From contig NC_135659.1 in NCBI RefSeq assembly GCF_964188315.1, positions 98,518,001 through 98,582,000 on the forward strand: 64,000 bases of DNA, written 5' to 3'. Source of the DNA: Podarcis muralis (taxonomy: Eukaryota). A model generated the notes under the pieces. That model was not told the DNA's origin, ran no database searches, and saw only the letters and a program-made list of their open reading frames with translations. This document shows positions 22,840 through 33,785 of the stretch, piece after piece; position 1 is the stretch's first letter, and each line of letters starts with the position of its first letter. The translations under genes and the position numbers were made by a program.

Positions 22840-23106
22840 TTATCCCGCTCTCGATATCGCCGCTCTGTGGAATTGACTAATGATTGTGATGCTTTTGTCT
22901 CTCTTCCCAGTAGGTCTGAATATATCTCTTTAGCTGTTTTTCTCTTAGGAGTCCCTGGATTGGCTGTACGGAATCGTATGAACATTTATTCTTTAGCTTG
23001 TTCTGCAGAAAAAGCCCTGAATTTTACTTCAGAAGCTCTTCACCTTTTGAATAAAGAACAGAGTGGACTACATAATGGACTTTTACAAAATTGCGCTATA
23101 GATTAA
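22840..23106 (+). pseudogene. env: ERV env fragment: furin site and TM ectodomain up to the immunosuppressive domain
   Basis: RSRYRR|SV, Cys-bracketed internal hydrophobic segment (C...ISLAVFLLGVPGLAV...LAC), heptad repeat, LLQNCAID (cf. LQNRAAID). Confidence 0.85.
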
Positions 23107-23424
23107 TACAAAATTGGGGAATTCGTGGAAGGGAATTGGGGTCGACCTTAGAAAAAGATTTTAAGATTAAGTATTGATGTACAAAAACTGATGTTTATAA
23201 GTTAAAATTGGTTAACTAAAATGAATTAAATATAATAAGGTAAAATTTGGGGATAAGAACTTGCTGAGCTAATAATTGGAACTGGAATACAAGAAGGGGA
23301 GATGTGGGGAAGTCAGGGAAATATGTTATTGAAAGTAAGGAATGTAAATTCTATGTGTTTTTAATTTTCTTTTGTTTTTTCTGTCTTTTTTGAAAATTTT
23401 AATAAATATATTTTATTTAAAAAA
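23107..23424 (+). mobile_element. L1-clade 3' UTR with A-rich tail
   Basis: ggggaagtcagggaaa motif shared with the 3' UTR of the L1 at 21821-22250; ends aataaatatattttatttaaaaaaa. Confidence 0.7.
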
Positions 23425-23963
23425 AGATGCCTGCTTCTTGAGAGAAAAGTGATGACAAACCTAGACAGCATCTTAAAAAGCAGAGACATCACCTTGCCAA
23501 CAAAGGTCCATATAGTTAAAGCTATGGGTTTCCCAGTAGTGATGTATGGAAATGAGAGCTGGACCATAAAGAAGGCTGATCGCCGAAGAATGGATGCTTT
23601 TGAATCATGGTGCTGGAGGAGACTCTTGAGAGTCCCATGGACTGCAAGAAGATCAAGGCTATCCATTTTTAAGGAAATCAGCCCTGACCGCTCACTGGAA
23701 GGACAGATCCTGAAGCTGAGGCTCCAAGACTTTGGCCACCTCATGAGAAGAGAAGACTCCTTGGAAAAGACCCTGATGTTGGGAAAGATGGAGGGCACAA
23801 GGAGAAGGGGACGACAGAGGATGAGATGGTGGGACAGTGTTCTCGAAGCTACCAGCATGAGTTTGACCAAACTGCGGGAGGCAGTGGAAGACAGGAGTGC
23901 CTGGCGTGCTCTGGTCCAGGGGGTCACGAAGAGGCGGACACGACTAAATGACCAAAAAACAAC
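23425..23963 (+). mobile_element. RTE-BovB LINE 3' fragment
   Basis: MTNLDSILKSRDITLPTKVHIVKAM...WTARRS...LEGQILKLRLQDFGHLMRR...; (CAA)n tail. Confidence 0.97.
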
Positions 23964-24268
23964 AAGATCTAACATAGTAGCGTAAGAGCCAAAGGCCTAT
24001 CTAGCCAAGCCTTCCTGTCTAGAGTGGGCAACCAGATGTCCCAACGGGAAGTTGGCAAACAGGACCTGAATGCTTCAGTGATTTCCCGGCTTGGGAATCT
24101 CAAAACTCTCACCATCTTATTTAGCTGTTTGCAAAAAGCAAAACAAAGCAAAAACAAAAAAAGCTACTACCTAGCTATAATCAGGAATTTTAAAACAATT
24201 AAGGCAGCTCTGCCAGAATAGAAGAAAACAAGCAGAAAGTTTTCTCACCAGCAAAAGCAACAGAAGTA

Positions 24269-25164
24269 CAGTGGTGCCTCGCAAGACGAACCCCTCGCAA
24301 AACGAAAAACTCGCAAGACGAAAGAGTTTTCCGTTTTTGAGTTGTTCCGCAAGACAAATTTCCCTATGGGCTTGCTTCGCAAGAAGAAAGCCCATAGGGA
24401 AATCTCCGGGGACCTCTTTTAAATGCTGGTGGTGGGGAGCAAAGCCTTTTGCCCCCCTCCGGCCTTCAGAAGAGGTCCAGGAAGGCCGGCGGGGGCCGAA
24501 AGGCTTTGCTCCCCACCGCCAGCATTTTAAAAGCGGTCCGGGATAGCACGGAATTGCGCTGCGCTTTCCCGCTATCCCGGACCACTTTTAAAATGCTGGC
24601 CGTCGGGAGCAAAGACTTTCGCCCACCGCCGGCCTTCAGAAGAGGTCCTGGACCTCTTTTGAAGGCCGGCGGGGGGCAAAAGTCTTTGCTCCCCCCCGCC
24701 TGCCTTCCCGGGATAGCGGAGAAGCGCAGCGCGTTTCTCTGCTATCCCGGACGGCTTTTGAAGGCAGGCGGGGGGGAGCAAAGACTTTCGCCCACCGCCT
24801 GCCTTCAGAAGACCTCCGCTGTCCCGGGGGCTTTTAAAATGCTGGCGGTCGGCAGCAAAGCCCTCCTGTCCCCGGAGCTTGCGGGGCGGGAGGTGGGGAG
24901 AAGGGCTTTTCTTCCCACCGCCAGCCTTCAGAACAGCCTTCTGAAGGCTGGCGGTGGGAAGTAAAGCCCTTGCCCCCCCCCCCAGCCTTCAGAAGAGGTC
25001 GGGGGACAGACTGTCCCCGGACCTGGTCTGAAGGCGATTTCCATAGGGACGCATTGATTGATTTTCAATGCATTCCTATGGGAAACCGTGCTTCGCAAGA
25101 CGAAAAACTCGCAAGAAGAAAAAACTTGCGGAACGAATTAATTTCGTCTTGCGAGGCACCACTG
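24269..25164. mobile_element. Tigger-like MITE, 896 bp, GC-rich repetitive interior
   Basis: TIRs cagtggtgcctcgcaagacgaa / ttcgtcttgcgaggcaccactg, TA on both sides; internal direct and inverted ccttcagaag / aaagactttcgcccaccgcc subrepeats. Confidence 0.92.
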
Positions 25165-25783
25165 TACTGATGATGAAGATGCAGTTGGAAGAGTATTAAC
25201 ATGCAGCCCAATATCTTTGCAGTTACTCAGCAGTCACACTCTTTGAATTACTTGGGACTTACTCCCAAGTAACTGGATAGGTTTGCATCCATCTATCTCA
25301 AATTATAAGACCACTGATTTGGAGTGCAATCCTAATATACAGACCTGGAGGCAGGAGAGGCCCTCTACTGATGGAGAGAAAATCTGTGTGTGTAAATCAT
25401 CTACCTTCTGTGTTTTTAAAAGCAGCAGGCCCTCAAAAGGCCTGCTTCAGAGCAGGTCACAGGTAGCTTTGGATTCTCTGGATCCAAGGCCCCTTTCTTC
25501 ACCTGAGTGGTTCCAGGACTGGGTCCGTCAAATGTGCCAGCCTTGAGAAGCGATAGAATAGCTCCAGGACGTTTGGTCCAGCTGTTGGTCTGCATAGAGG
25601 ATTCTGATTCTGTGGATCGTTGTTCAGAAGTGAGTCTCACTGGCCACCCAGATTCTGTATGAAGAGCTGCTGATATCACTCATGGTAGAGAGTATAGCCT
25701 GTGGGGGCGGGGGATATTCTGCACATTTTCAAATATTTTGAAAGCCCCCCATTTCAATGCCATTTGAATAAGCACTCTGCTAC

Positions 25784-26129
25784 AGGGTGGCGCTGTGGGT
25801 TAAACCACAGAGCCTAGGACTTGCCGATCAGAAGGTCGACGGTTTGAATGCCCGCGATGACGGGGTGAGCTCCCGTTGCTCGGTTCCTGCTCCTGCCAAC
25901 CTAGCAGTTCAAAAGCACGTCAAAGTGCAAGTAGATAAATAGGTACTGCTCTGGCGGGAAGGTAAACGATGTTTCCGTGCACTGCTCTGGTTTGTCAGAA
26001 GCGGCTTAGTCCTGCTGGCCACATGACCCGGAAGCTGTATGCCGGCTCCCTCGGCCAATAAAGCGAGATGAGCGCCGCAACCCCAGTCACGACTGGACCT
26101 AATGGTCAGGGGTCCCTTTACCTTTACCT
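25784..26129 (+). mobile_element. Near full-length Sauria SINE
   Basis: gggtggcgctgtgggttaaaccacagagcc ... gtccctttacctttacc. Confidence 0.93.
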
Positions 26130-26319
26130 ACCAGGTATCTTTAGGTGTTTTCAGAGATGACAAGTGAACTAGTTTGTGAAAAGAGGAAAATACTGATCCT
26201 GACTTCTCTCTTTGCTTTTTTTGCCAGGATCCAATCTGGCACCAAGTCACACTCTTTTCAATGTTACACAAGCACAATGCTTCCTCCCCGGCTCATGTCC
26301 TGCTCCTTTTTTAAAAAAA

Positions 26320-26960
26320 GATTTTTTATTAAATTTTCACATTTTATCTCCAACCAATTCAACCATTAAAATATTAGGTTCGCTGAAACTTCGGACTTCC
26401 TTCCCTCCCTCCCATGGGTTCTTAAATTAAAATTTTAAGTTTTCCACATCTTTTACTTTATCCAACTATTGTATATCACTAATTATCATAATCAATTTCA
26501 CATTACAAATGTCATTACAATGCTACCAATGATTTTAACTGTTTGCAGTGTTTTTTTAAGTAAACTACAAATTTACTCCAATCTCTAACAAATACTTATC
26601 TTCCCCGTCAGTTTCGCCATTTCTGCATATTCCATCAAATTCGCCTGCCATTCTTCCTTTGTGCTCATGTCATGTTCCTTTCTAGTCTTGGCTACTGTAA
26701 TCTCCTCTTCTGTGACCTCACATTATCTCATTTTTGACACCTTGAATTTATCCAGCACTCTCTGCCCCACACCACTCACCTCTCTTGTTGCTGTTACTCT
26801 GGTTAGAAGGTGCTCCTCCTTAAATACCAGCTCTGGTTTCTTTCCCACAAGCTCCTCATCTAATCCGTGGCCCCTGCCTTACAAAACTGAGCTTGGGCCA
26901 AGGAAACCTGTTTGGAAATGTCGTAAGAAGAAGACTGCTTCCTTTCCCTCATGGGATATC
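26320..26960 (-). mobile_element. L1-clade LINE 3' fragment
   Basis: Minus strand encodes EWQANLMEYAEMAK (ORF2 C-terminus), followed by an AT-rich UTR and tail. Confidence 0.75.
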
Positions 26961-26983
26961 TAAGAGCCCGTATAGAGTCCTTA

Positions 26984-27617
26984 TGTAGGTTCTCAATCCG
27001 TAGGAGAAAATAACAGAGGCCAACCAGAGAATATTGAGATACAAAGCAGCTAGTAAGCCTGATTTTTATTAAACTGTTGCAACACGCAGGGAGGGAGGAA
27101 AGGAGCCCAGAACATTGGTGTGCAAGCTCTTATATAGACTTTTGAAACCCTGTAGCTCAAGACCACCCCCCAAAACATCATACATACATCACAGAAAGAG
27201 GTGGTCCCCAGCAGAAATTTGAGTGTGTTGCTTCTCTCCTGTCTGCCAGGATACCTGATAATGCCTCATCTGAGTGCCTTTTCTGGGTAGGCTGGCCATT
27301 CCTTGGAGATGGTAAATACTTAGTTCCTGGATCTCTTACACATATTGATAGTTTGCTTAGTTTAACAGATACTTGCCAGACTGTATTTGAAAAGCGAGGT
27401 GTAAGCCCCTACAGTCCAAAGAAAATTGGGAAGCTTTCCCCATTTCCTTCCTCCTTTCAGAGAAATATTTGAGGACAATTTGGGAGAGTCAAAATGGCTT
27501 CAGGATTGTTCTCCTGTACTATTTCAGTCGCGTGGTTTATATACTTATGTATGTGTTTGCCTTGTACATTTATGAACATTTATTTTCTATATATAAGACC
27601 TTAGAATTCCTATAACA
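26984..27617 (-). mobile_element. Probable solo LTR
   Basis: Minus strand starts TGTTATAGG and ends CCTACA, with TATA (ctatataag, about 27130) about 65 nt before AATAAA (about 27065); no TSD confirmed. Confidence 0.45.
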
Positions 27618-28435
27618 GAAACAACTAGCCTCTAGCATGTGGAATGAGATTATCTTGATCAAGTGCAAACACCACAGAATGATGGGAGGTTTCACATTTT
27701 TATTTCCTACCATGTTTGCACAGCAAGGTTGCCCTTCTCTAATGGAGGTAATAAAGTCTGTCTTTGATAAACACAGATAAACATGTTTCTCTGTTCCACA
27801 GCCAGGCAGCCAGGATACAACTGTTGATAAGAGTCAGTTGGGGTGAGGGCTTGCCTTTCCCATGCAGGAAGATGAGAGGAACACCTCTGTAACTGCACAA
27901 ATTCTTCACACATGCCTTGGACCTCTTGGGTACAACAAAATGTCTTCATTACGTTAAGAAGTCTGGACTGTTTGCATCTCTTCACACTTCAGTCTTACTG
28001 GCCAGCTGTCCAGCCCTCTTTAGCCTTTGTTGACCTTGGAAAACAGTCCCTCTTGGCCTCATCCACTATGGGCTGCCTGTAATAAAAAACCATCCACATG
28101 CCACACAACCTTGGAGTTTGTTAAGTTAAACTCTAATTATTACTTTTAACAAATGAGAAACCACAGAAATGTTTGGCTACCTTCTTTTATCTACTATATA
28201 AAATAGATTCTATAAAATGCCTTCTTACGTTATGGCTTCATATGTTCAGGCTCAGGAAATGTCTTCCTAATAACGTATCCTGTACCTGAAGGATTCCATA
28301 CAAGGTTACAGTATATGATAAAATTGTTGGTTGCCACAGAATAGTCTTAAGTGGACATGCCAGGACATTTGTGCTTTGATGATGTTCCAAAGATGTTGAT
28401 ACATCGCATTTAGCTAGATGGAACATTGAATCACC

Positions 28436-28769
28436 TTGTTGTTGTTTAGTCGTTTAGTCACGTCCGCCTCTTTGTGACCCCATGGACCAGAGCACGCCAG
28501 GCACTCCTGTCTTCCACTGCCTCCCGGTTTGGCCAAACTCATGCTGGTAGCTTCGAGAACACTCCCTGGAAAAGACCCTGGTGTTGGGAAAGATGGAGGG
28601 CACAAGGAGAAGGGGACGACAGAGGACGAGATGGTTGGATGGTGTTCTCGAAGCTACTAACATGAGTCTGACCAAACTGCGGGAGGCAGTGGAAGACAGG
28701 AGTGCCTGGCATGCTCTGGTCCAGGGGGTCACGAAGAGTCGGACACGACGAAATGACTAAACAACAACA
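28436..28769. mobile_element. Two BovB 3' ends fused head-to-head (inverted duplication)
   Basis: Minus-strand tail 28436-28563 and plus-strand 28561-28769 share about 128 nt in inverted orientation; (CAA)n tails point outward. Confidence 0.9.
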
Positions 28770-28999
28770 GCGTTAAGAATGGAGCCTGCATGTTCAGAGG
28801 CAGTCTACCTGCATCTGCCATGTGCTTGGGGGCCAAAGAGCAAGCTTTCTTTCTGGGCACCTGATTGGCTACTGGGAGGATACAGGATGCAACTGCCAAT
28901 TGTTGGGGATGACTGGGGGTCAAAAACATCTGGAGGGCACCCCAGTCCTTCAGGCCTCTTTTTGAAATCCTTGAGGACTAGCCACCTCCATCTAATTCA

Positions 29000-29935
29000 C
29001 CCTCAGGACCGACCACTTAAAACGCACGGAGGCGCGTTTGCTTTTTATTTATTCCCCCGCGCTACCCTTGCTGGGACTCGTAGTTCATTCGGTGCCCTCC
29101 TCCTCGGCTTGCCTTTAGTCCATGCCCCTCTTGCCGAACTACGTTTCCCAGGAGGCCGCGCGGCCTGGAGCCGCGAAGGACGATGGGGCGAGCGCGCCCT
29201 CGAGGAGGCCGGCGAGAGGGGCGGGGCACCCGAGTCCCAACGCCATCCGGGACTTGTTGTTTTTTCCCCTTCTCCCCGCCCTCCCGCCCGTCAGTTCCGC
29301 CCTCTGCCCCAATCAGCGCGCCACGGGGACCCTGAGGCGGGCGGCGATTGGCCAGTTCGGAAGGGAGGCCGAAGTTTGAAATATTTAAACGGCGGTAACG
29401 GCGGAGGGCGCTGAGGCGACGGCGAGACGAGGCCCCGGCGGTTCCGAGGTACGGGAGGCGAGAACCGGGAGTGGCCAGAGGAAAGAGACGGGAGGGGAAA
29501 AAAAAAAGATTCGGGAGAGCGGCTGCTTTCCCTGCGGTCCGCCCATCCCGCTCACCTGAGGTAAAAACCGCAGGTAGTTCCGTGGGTTCTGAAGGTGCTG
29601 AGTCCGAATTTCAGGGCCCTGAGGGGAAGCCCCTCCCCAGCCCCGACCCCTCCGGTACTGTCCTGGGTCTGTCGGTTTGGTTCCCCCCGCCCGCCCGCCT
29701 TTGTTTCCCTATTTGAATTGGCCTCGGCGGCTCGCTTCCGCGCCAGTCTCCCCCCGCTGGGCTTCCCGGTGGAAGAGGGCGCCGTGTCCGAAGCCCCGGA
29801 GAGCCGCTTCCAGTCGGGGGAGACTCGTTCGAGCTCGCGAGTCTGAGTCTCCCTTGGGCAGCTTCCTATTGTGGGGATTCTGGGGGTGGAAATGGGCCCT
29901 ATAGCCTGGGGAGTGGCTCAGGGCCTCCTCCCTCC
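29000..29935 (+). promoter_or_regulatory. TPX2 CpG-island promoter with CCAAT boxes and CHR
   Basis: CCAAT 29309-29313, ATTGG 29347-29351, GC box 29339-29344, CHR TTTGAA 29375-29380 followed by TTTAAA 29384-29389: the standard G2/M (DREAM, MMB-FOXM1) layout. Confidence 0.88.
29395..29448 (+). other. TPX2: Probable TPX2 non-coding exon 1 (TSS approximate)
   Basis: Donor GAG|GTACGG at 29449 just downstream of the CHR; alternative donors at 29561 and 29574. Confidence 0.6.
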
Positions 29936-30120
29936 NNNNNNNNNNNNNNNNNNNNNNNNNNNNNNNNNNNNNNNNNNNNNNNNNNNNNNNNNNNNNNNNN
30001 NNNNNNNNNNNNNNNNNNNNNNNNNNNNNNNNNNNNNNNNNNNNNNNNNNNNNNNNNNNNNNNNNNNNNNNNNNNNNNNNNNNNNNNNNNNNNNNNNNNN
30101 NNNNNNNNNNNNNNNNNNNN
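29936..30120. other. Assembly gap (185 N)
   Basis: Run of N. Confidence 1.
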
Positions 30121-30296
30121 TGGGTTTCCCCAACCACTCTGGGGTCTTCCAACAAAATATTTAAAAAGATGAAAAATACATTAAAAAGACAAGAGACCAG
30201 AGGGTGGGTTGTTTTGGGGTTTATTTTTTAAAAAAAAATTTTATTAAATTTTTTCTTTTAGGTTGCAAAAAATATGGGCATTCTCTCCTTTTTCAG

Positions 30297-30345
30297 GTTG
30301 TAGAGCCTATTCTACAGATCAGTTACATTTGATGAGAGACATTAC
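30297..30345 (+). other. Candidate TPX2 non-coding exon 2
   Basis: ctctcctttttcag| acceptor and TAC|GTAAGG donor; alternative acceptor at 30261; inferred from splice signals only. Confidence 0.4.
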
Positions 30346-33300
30346 GTAAGGCTGCCATATTTCAAAAACTGAAAATCCGGGCGCAGAAGTTCAGCTTCTT
30401 AAAATCTATATAAAGTTGCTCAGCTTTTTTTGGCAAAATTGCAAAAAACAACAACAACAAAATGGTTTTTGAGCTATTTTTGAGGGAAATAGGCAAAAGT
30501 GACACTGCCGATGGGGGTTGCCATATGTCATGATTTCCCCAGATGTTTTGCCGTTTTCCGACCAGACGCAGCTTCCAACTGCTGTATTCTCTGTATGTCC
30601 GTGAAATTCTGGATGTATGGCAACCACCATTGTATACAGTATAAGGTTGGGGGGCGGAAGAGAGGAAGGGGTGGTGAACAAGAGGCCAGAGTTGAGTGAC
30701 TTGAGCTACTTGCTGGATGCAAAAGCTTAAGGCTGGAAAGTTACGGAGAGAGGCGGACAGACAGGCCTGATTTCCTTTTAGGGTGTTAATGCTGTGAACC
30801 GCTCCATTGTAGGCTCGGGTTGTATATATGTGTAAATAAACCATGTACCATAAAGGCAGCACCGTCTCTGCTGTACAGGCAGCAACCATTTCGTGTGAAA
30901 GTTCTGTTCCCAGCCCCCACATAAGCATGCCCTGTTCTGCCTCCCCCCCCCCCCTTAATGCCCTCTTCCAGGTCTAAAAGGACCTGGATGTCTGCGATTG
31001 CATGTCAATTGAATGCACCTAAAATGTTCACCTGTATCTCGTTCCAAAAAGAAACACAAACCTTGAGTTAGTGCCAGGAACCCCTGCAATCTCACACCGC
31101 TTGCAGATTGGGGGTGGGATACAACACTATGTTCCACCCATCCTTTATCATGTGGTCCAAGTATTATTTACATACAGTTCAGTATAAGTAACTGTTAAAC
31201 AGAATGCATAGTCTCATCTCATCTTTATGTCTTGATCTGGTGGTGTCATGTATGACCCATATATAGGGGCCAACACAAAGAAGGCCCCCTCACACATTCC
31301 TGCTTATAGAGCTTCATAAGGCAGCAAAGCTTCCAGCAGGACCTCCCTTCAGATCATAACATCTAGACAGGTTTATATGGGTTCCTCTCTCTCTTTTAAA
31401 CCCACTCACCCAGCAGGATGGAAAAAGTGCTGGCTGCAAAGCCAAGTGTTGAGACAAGTGGCGTTCTGGGCTTCTTAGAGGAATGTGGCTGACTGTTGAC
31501 TGAAACGGATACTAGTGATTTTGACACTAGATAGATGACCCTTTAATCTGCTAGCAGAGCTGTTCTTGCATTCAGAAGGCAAGTTTGCTTTAGATGAGGT
31601 GAGGTATTCTGCAAGTTCTTTATTTCCAATGGTTCTGATAGAGACAGTGATGGTTTAGTTGCTTTCTGTTTAAGAGAGAAACACCAGGCAGATAATGGAT
31701 TATTAATCATTAGGTTCCCTGTACAACAGCGCCAAAGCAATGAGTAGATACAAATTTTTGGAATGCCACCAATGCCCTGGTGCATGATGCATATTAACAG
31801 AACATTCAAGGCCAATTGCCAGGAGGTTTTGGAATACTTAAAATTCTTGCTCTTTCCAGTGTGCTTTTTTTGCTCAGTTGCAGAGTAAGGCCTGTGTACT
31901 TGCTCTGTGTTACACTCTCCTAGTTTTGTGTTGTGGTGATACAAGTTAGGTATTATAGCCTGCCCTAACTCATAGCTCATAGAGTGGAGAACAAGTTAAA
32001 AATGGAGAGCTTTTTGATCACTAAATAATATGCATCCAGTTAAAAACACGGTTCTAGCCATTTCAGATAATAGGAAGAAAATAAGAGCACACAACTGGAA
32101 GGAATGCTAGGTCTCAAAATAACCAGCCCATTTCCAGCTCCAGCGTGTTGGTTAGGGGGGGATTTCATTGGTCTAACGATTCTCCCCCCACCCATGCCTT
32201 CCTTTCTCAGGCACTATGACAAATCTAAACTTAGGGCGCCTAGGCAAAAGCTGGCCTGGTATTAAGCAGGAGATTTTGGGTGTCTTAAGAGGCTTTCTGG
32301 TTCCCCTTTGCACCAAGTCTAGCACATCAGCCCCAAATCCCCTGCTGTCCCTTTAACACCTATTTTTAACTTGTCCCATCTTGATGTCTCCTAGAGCTTG
32401 TGGGGCCTGAATTACAGGGCATACGATGTCAGGGGCATTTATTTTTGGGTTGCTGGGAAGGGAGACACGGATCTCTAGCTAGGGTGGAGGGGCATAAGAA
32501 GTCTGGGAAATACTGGCACAGCTTTTATCTCTCTCACTTGACTCTCCCTGTTCCACAAATGAGTCTGTTGCAACATCAAGCATGATGGATAAGCAGAATT
32601 AGCATGGGGATAACATTGCAGATCCACCAAGACTTCCTGGCTGGCACATTACGGTTTGCATCTTGGCCTTAAAGTGCAGGGCCTCCCACATGTTTGTTAG
32701 GCCCCAGAGCTCTGTACCAGGAGCTGAGTCAGGTTGTGACCTTGCAGAGCACCCAGAAACAGTTGGAACAACTCTGACACTGGTACCAGCAGGGTACATG
32801 GTCTGCATCCGTAAATTCCACCAGAAATGGTGAAGGATAGTTGGGGGGAAATACTTGTGGGGGAAGAGAATAACAAGGTTTTTTTCTTTACAACATAGAA
32901 ACATTAGAAATGGGCTCATTCTGAGAGAAGATGCTAATTGTATCATAGAATAATAACATAGGGTTGTTCACTTTAAGCTGCTGCTTGACACATTTCCTGC
33001 TTCCACATTAGAATGTTGATTTTTCATACTGTTCCTAATCCCAAATAATATAGTCACCTTTCTTTGTTATCATGGGGTCATTGGCTTCTATTTTCAACTT
33101 ATTTTTTGCTAGCTGAAGGTGGGGTGGGGTGGGAGAAAAAGATAATTAGGGCTCAGCGCTGCAGTTTCCATTTATGGGCAGATTTGAAGTGACCTGAATA
33201 GAAACTGCAGAACCTGTGCCCTATTAATATAACAAACATTACCATTCCATGTGCTGAGATTCCTAATGCATTTTTTGTGTTTGACATATAAGGTCCAGTT

Positions 33301-33421
33301 TAAATGGGCAGTGCATAGAAGTTAAACTCCAAAAATTCCTCAAAGTGTAAAACAGAATTTCTGTGTCTTGCATGTGTGGAGTTGAAAGCATAAAAACAAA
33401 AATGCATTTACAAATGGCATA

Positions 33422-33785
33422 GGTAAAGGTAAAGGTACCCCTGCCTGTACGGGCCAGTCTTGACAGACTCGGGGGTTGTGCGCCCATCTCACTCAAGAGG
33501 CCGGGGGCCAGCGCTATCCGGAGACACTTCCAGGTCACGTGGCCAGCGTGACAAAGCTGCATCTGGCGAGCCAGCGCAGCACACGGAAACACCGTTTACC
33601 TTCCCGCCAGTAAGCGGTCCCTATTTATCTACTTGCACCCGGGGGTGCTTTCGAACTGCTAGGTTGGCAGGCGCTGGGACCGAGCAGCGGGAGTGCACCC
33701 CGCCGCGGGGATTCGAACCGCCGACCTTTCGATCGGCAAGCCCTAGGCGCTGAGGCTTTTACCCACAGCGCCACCCGCGTCCCCC
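33422..33785 (-). mobile_element. Full-length Sauria SINE with 13-bp TSD
   Basis: Same subfamily as 7197; TSD tacaaatggcata at 33409-33421 and 33786-33798. Confidence 0.95.

Noticed and set aside
23291-23340. aagaaggggaga-TGTGGGGAAG looks like a polypurine tract plus 3' LTR start
   Set aside because: No similarity to the 5' LTR; the motif matches the 3' UTR of the L1 at 21821-22250 and runs into an A-rich tail
24449-24964. 171-aa repetitive ORF
   Set aside because: Translation of the MITE's internal subrepeats; no transposase motif
24300-25130. Regularly spaced repeats superficially like a CRISPR array
   Set aside because: Units are degenerate, in both orientations, lack unique spacers and lie inside transposon TIRs in a vertebrate genome
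29709-30164. ORFs crossing the N run
   Set aside because: Artefacts of the assembly gap
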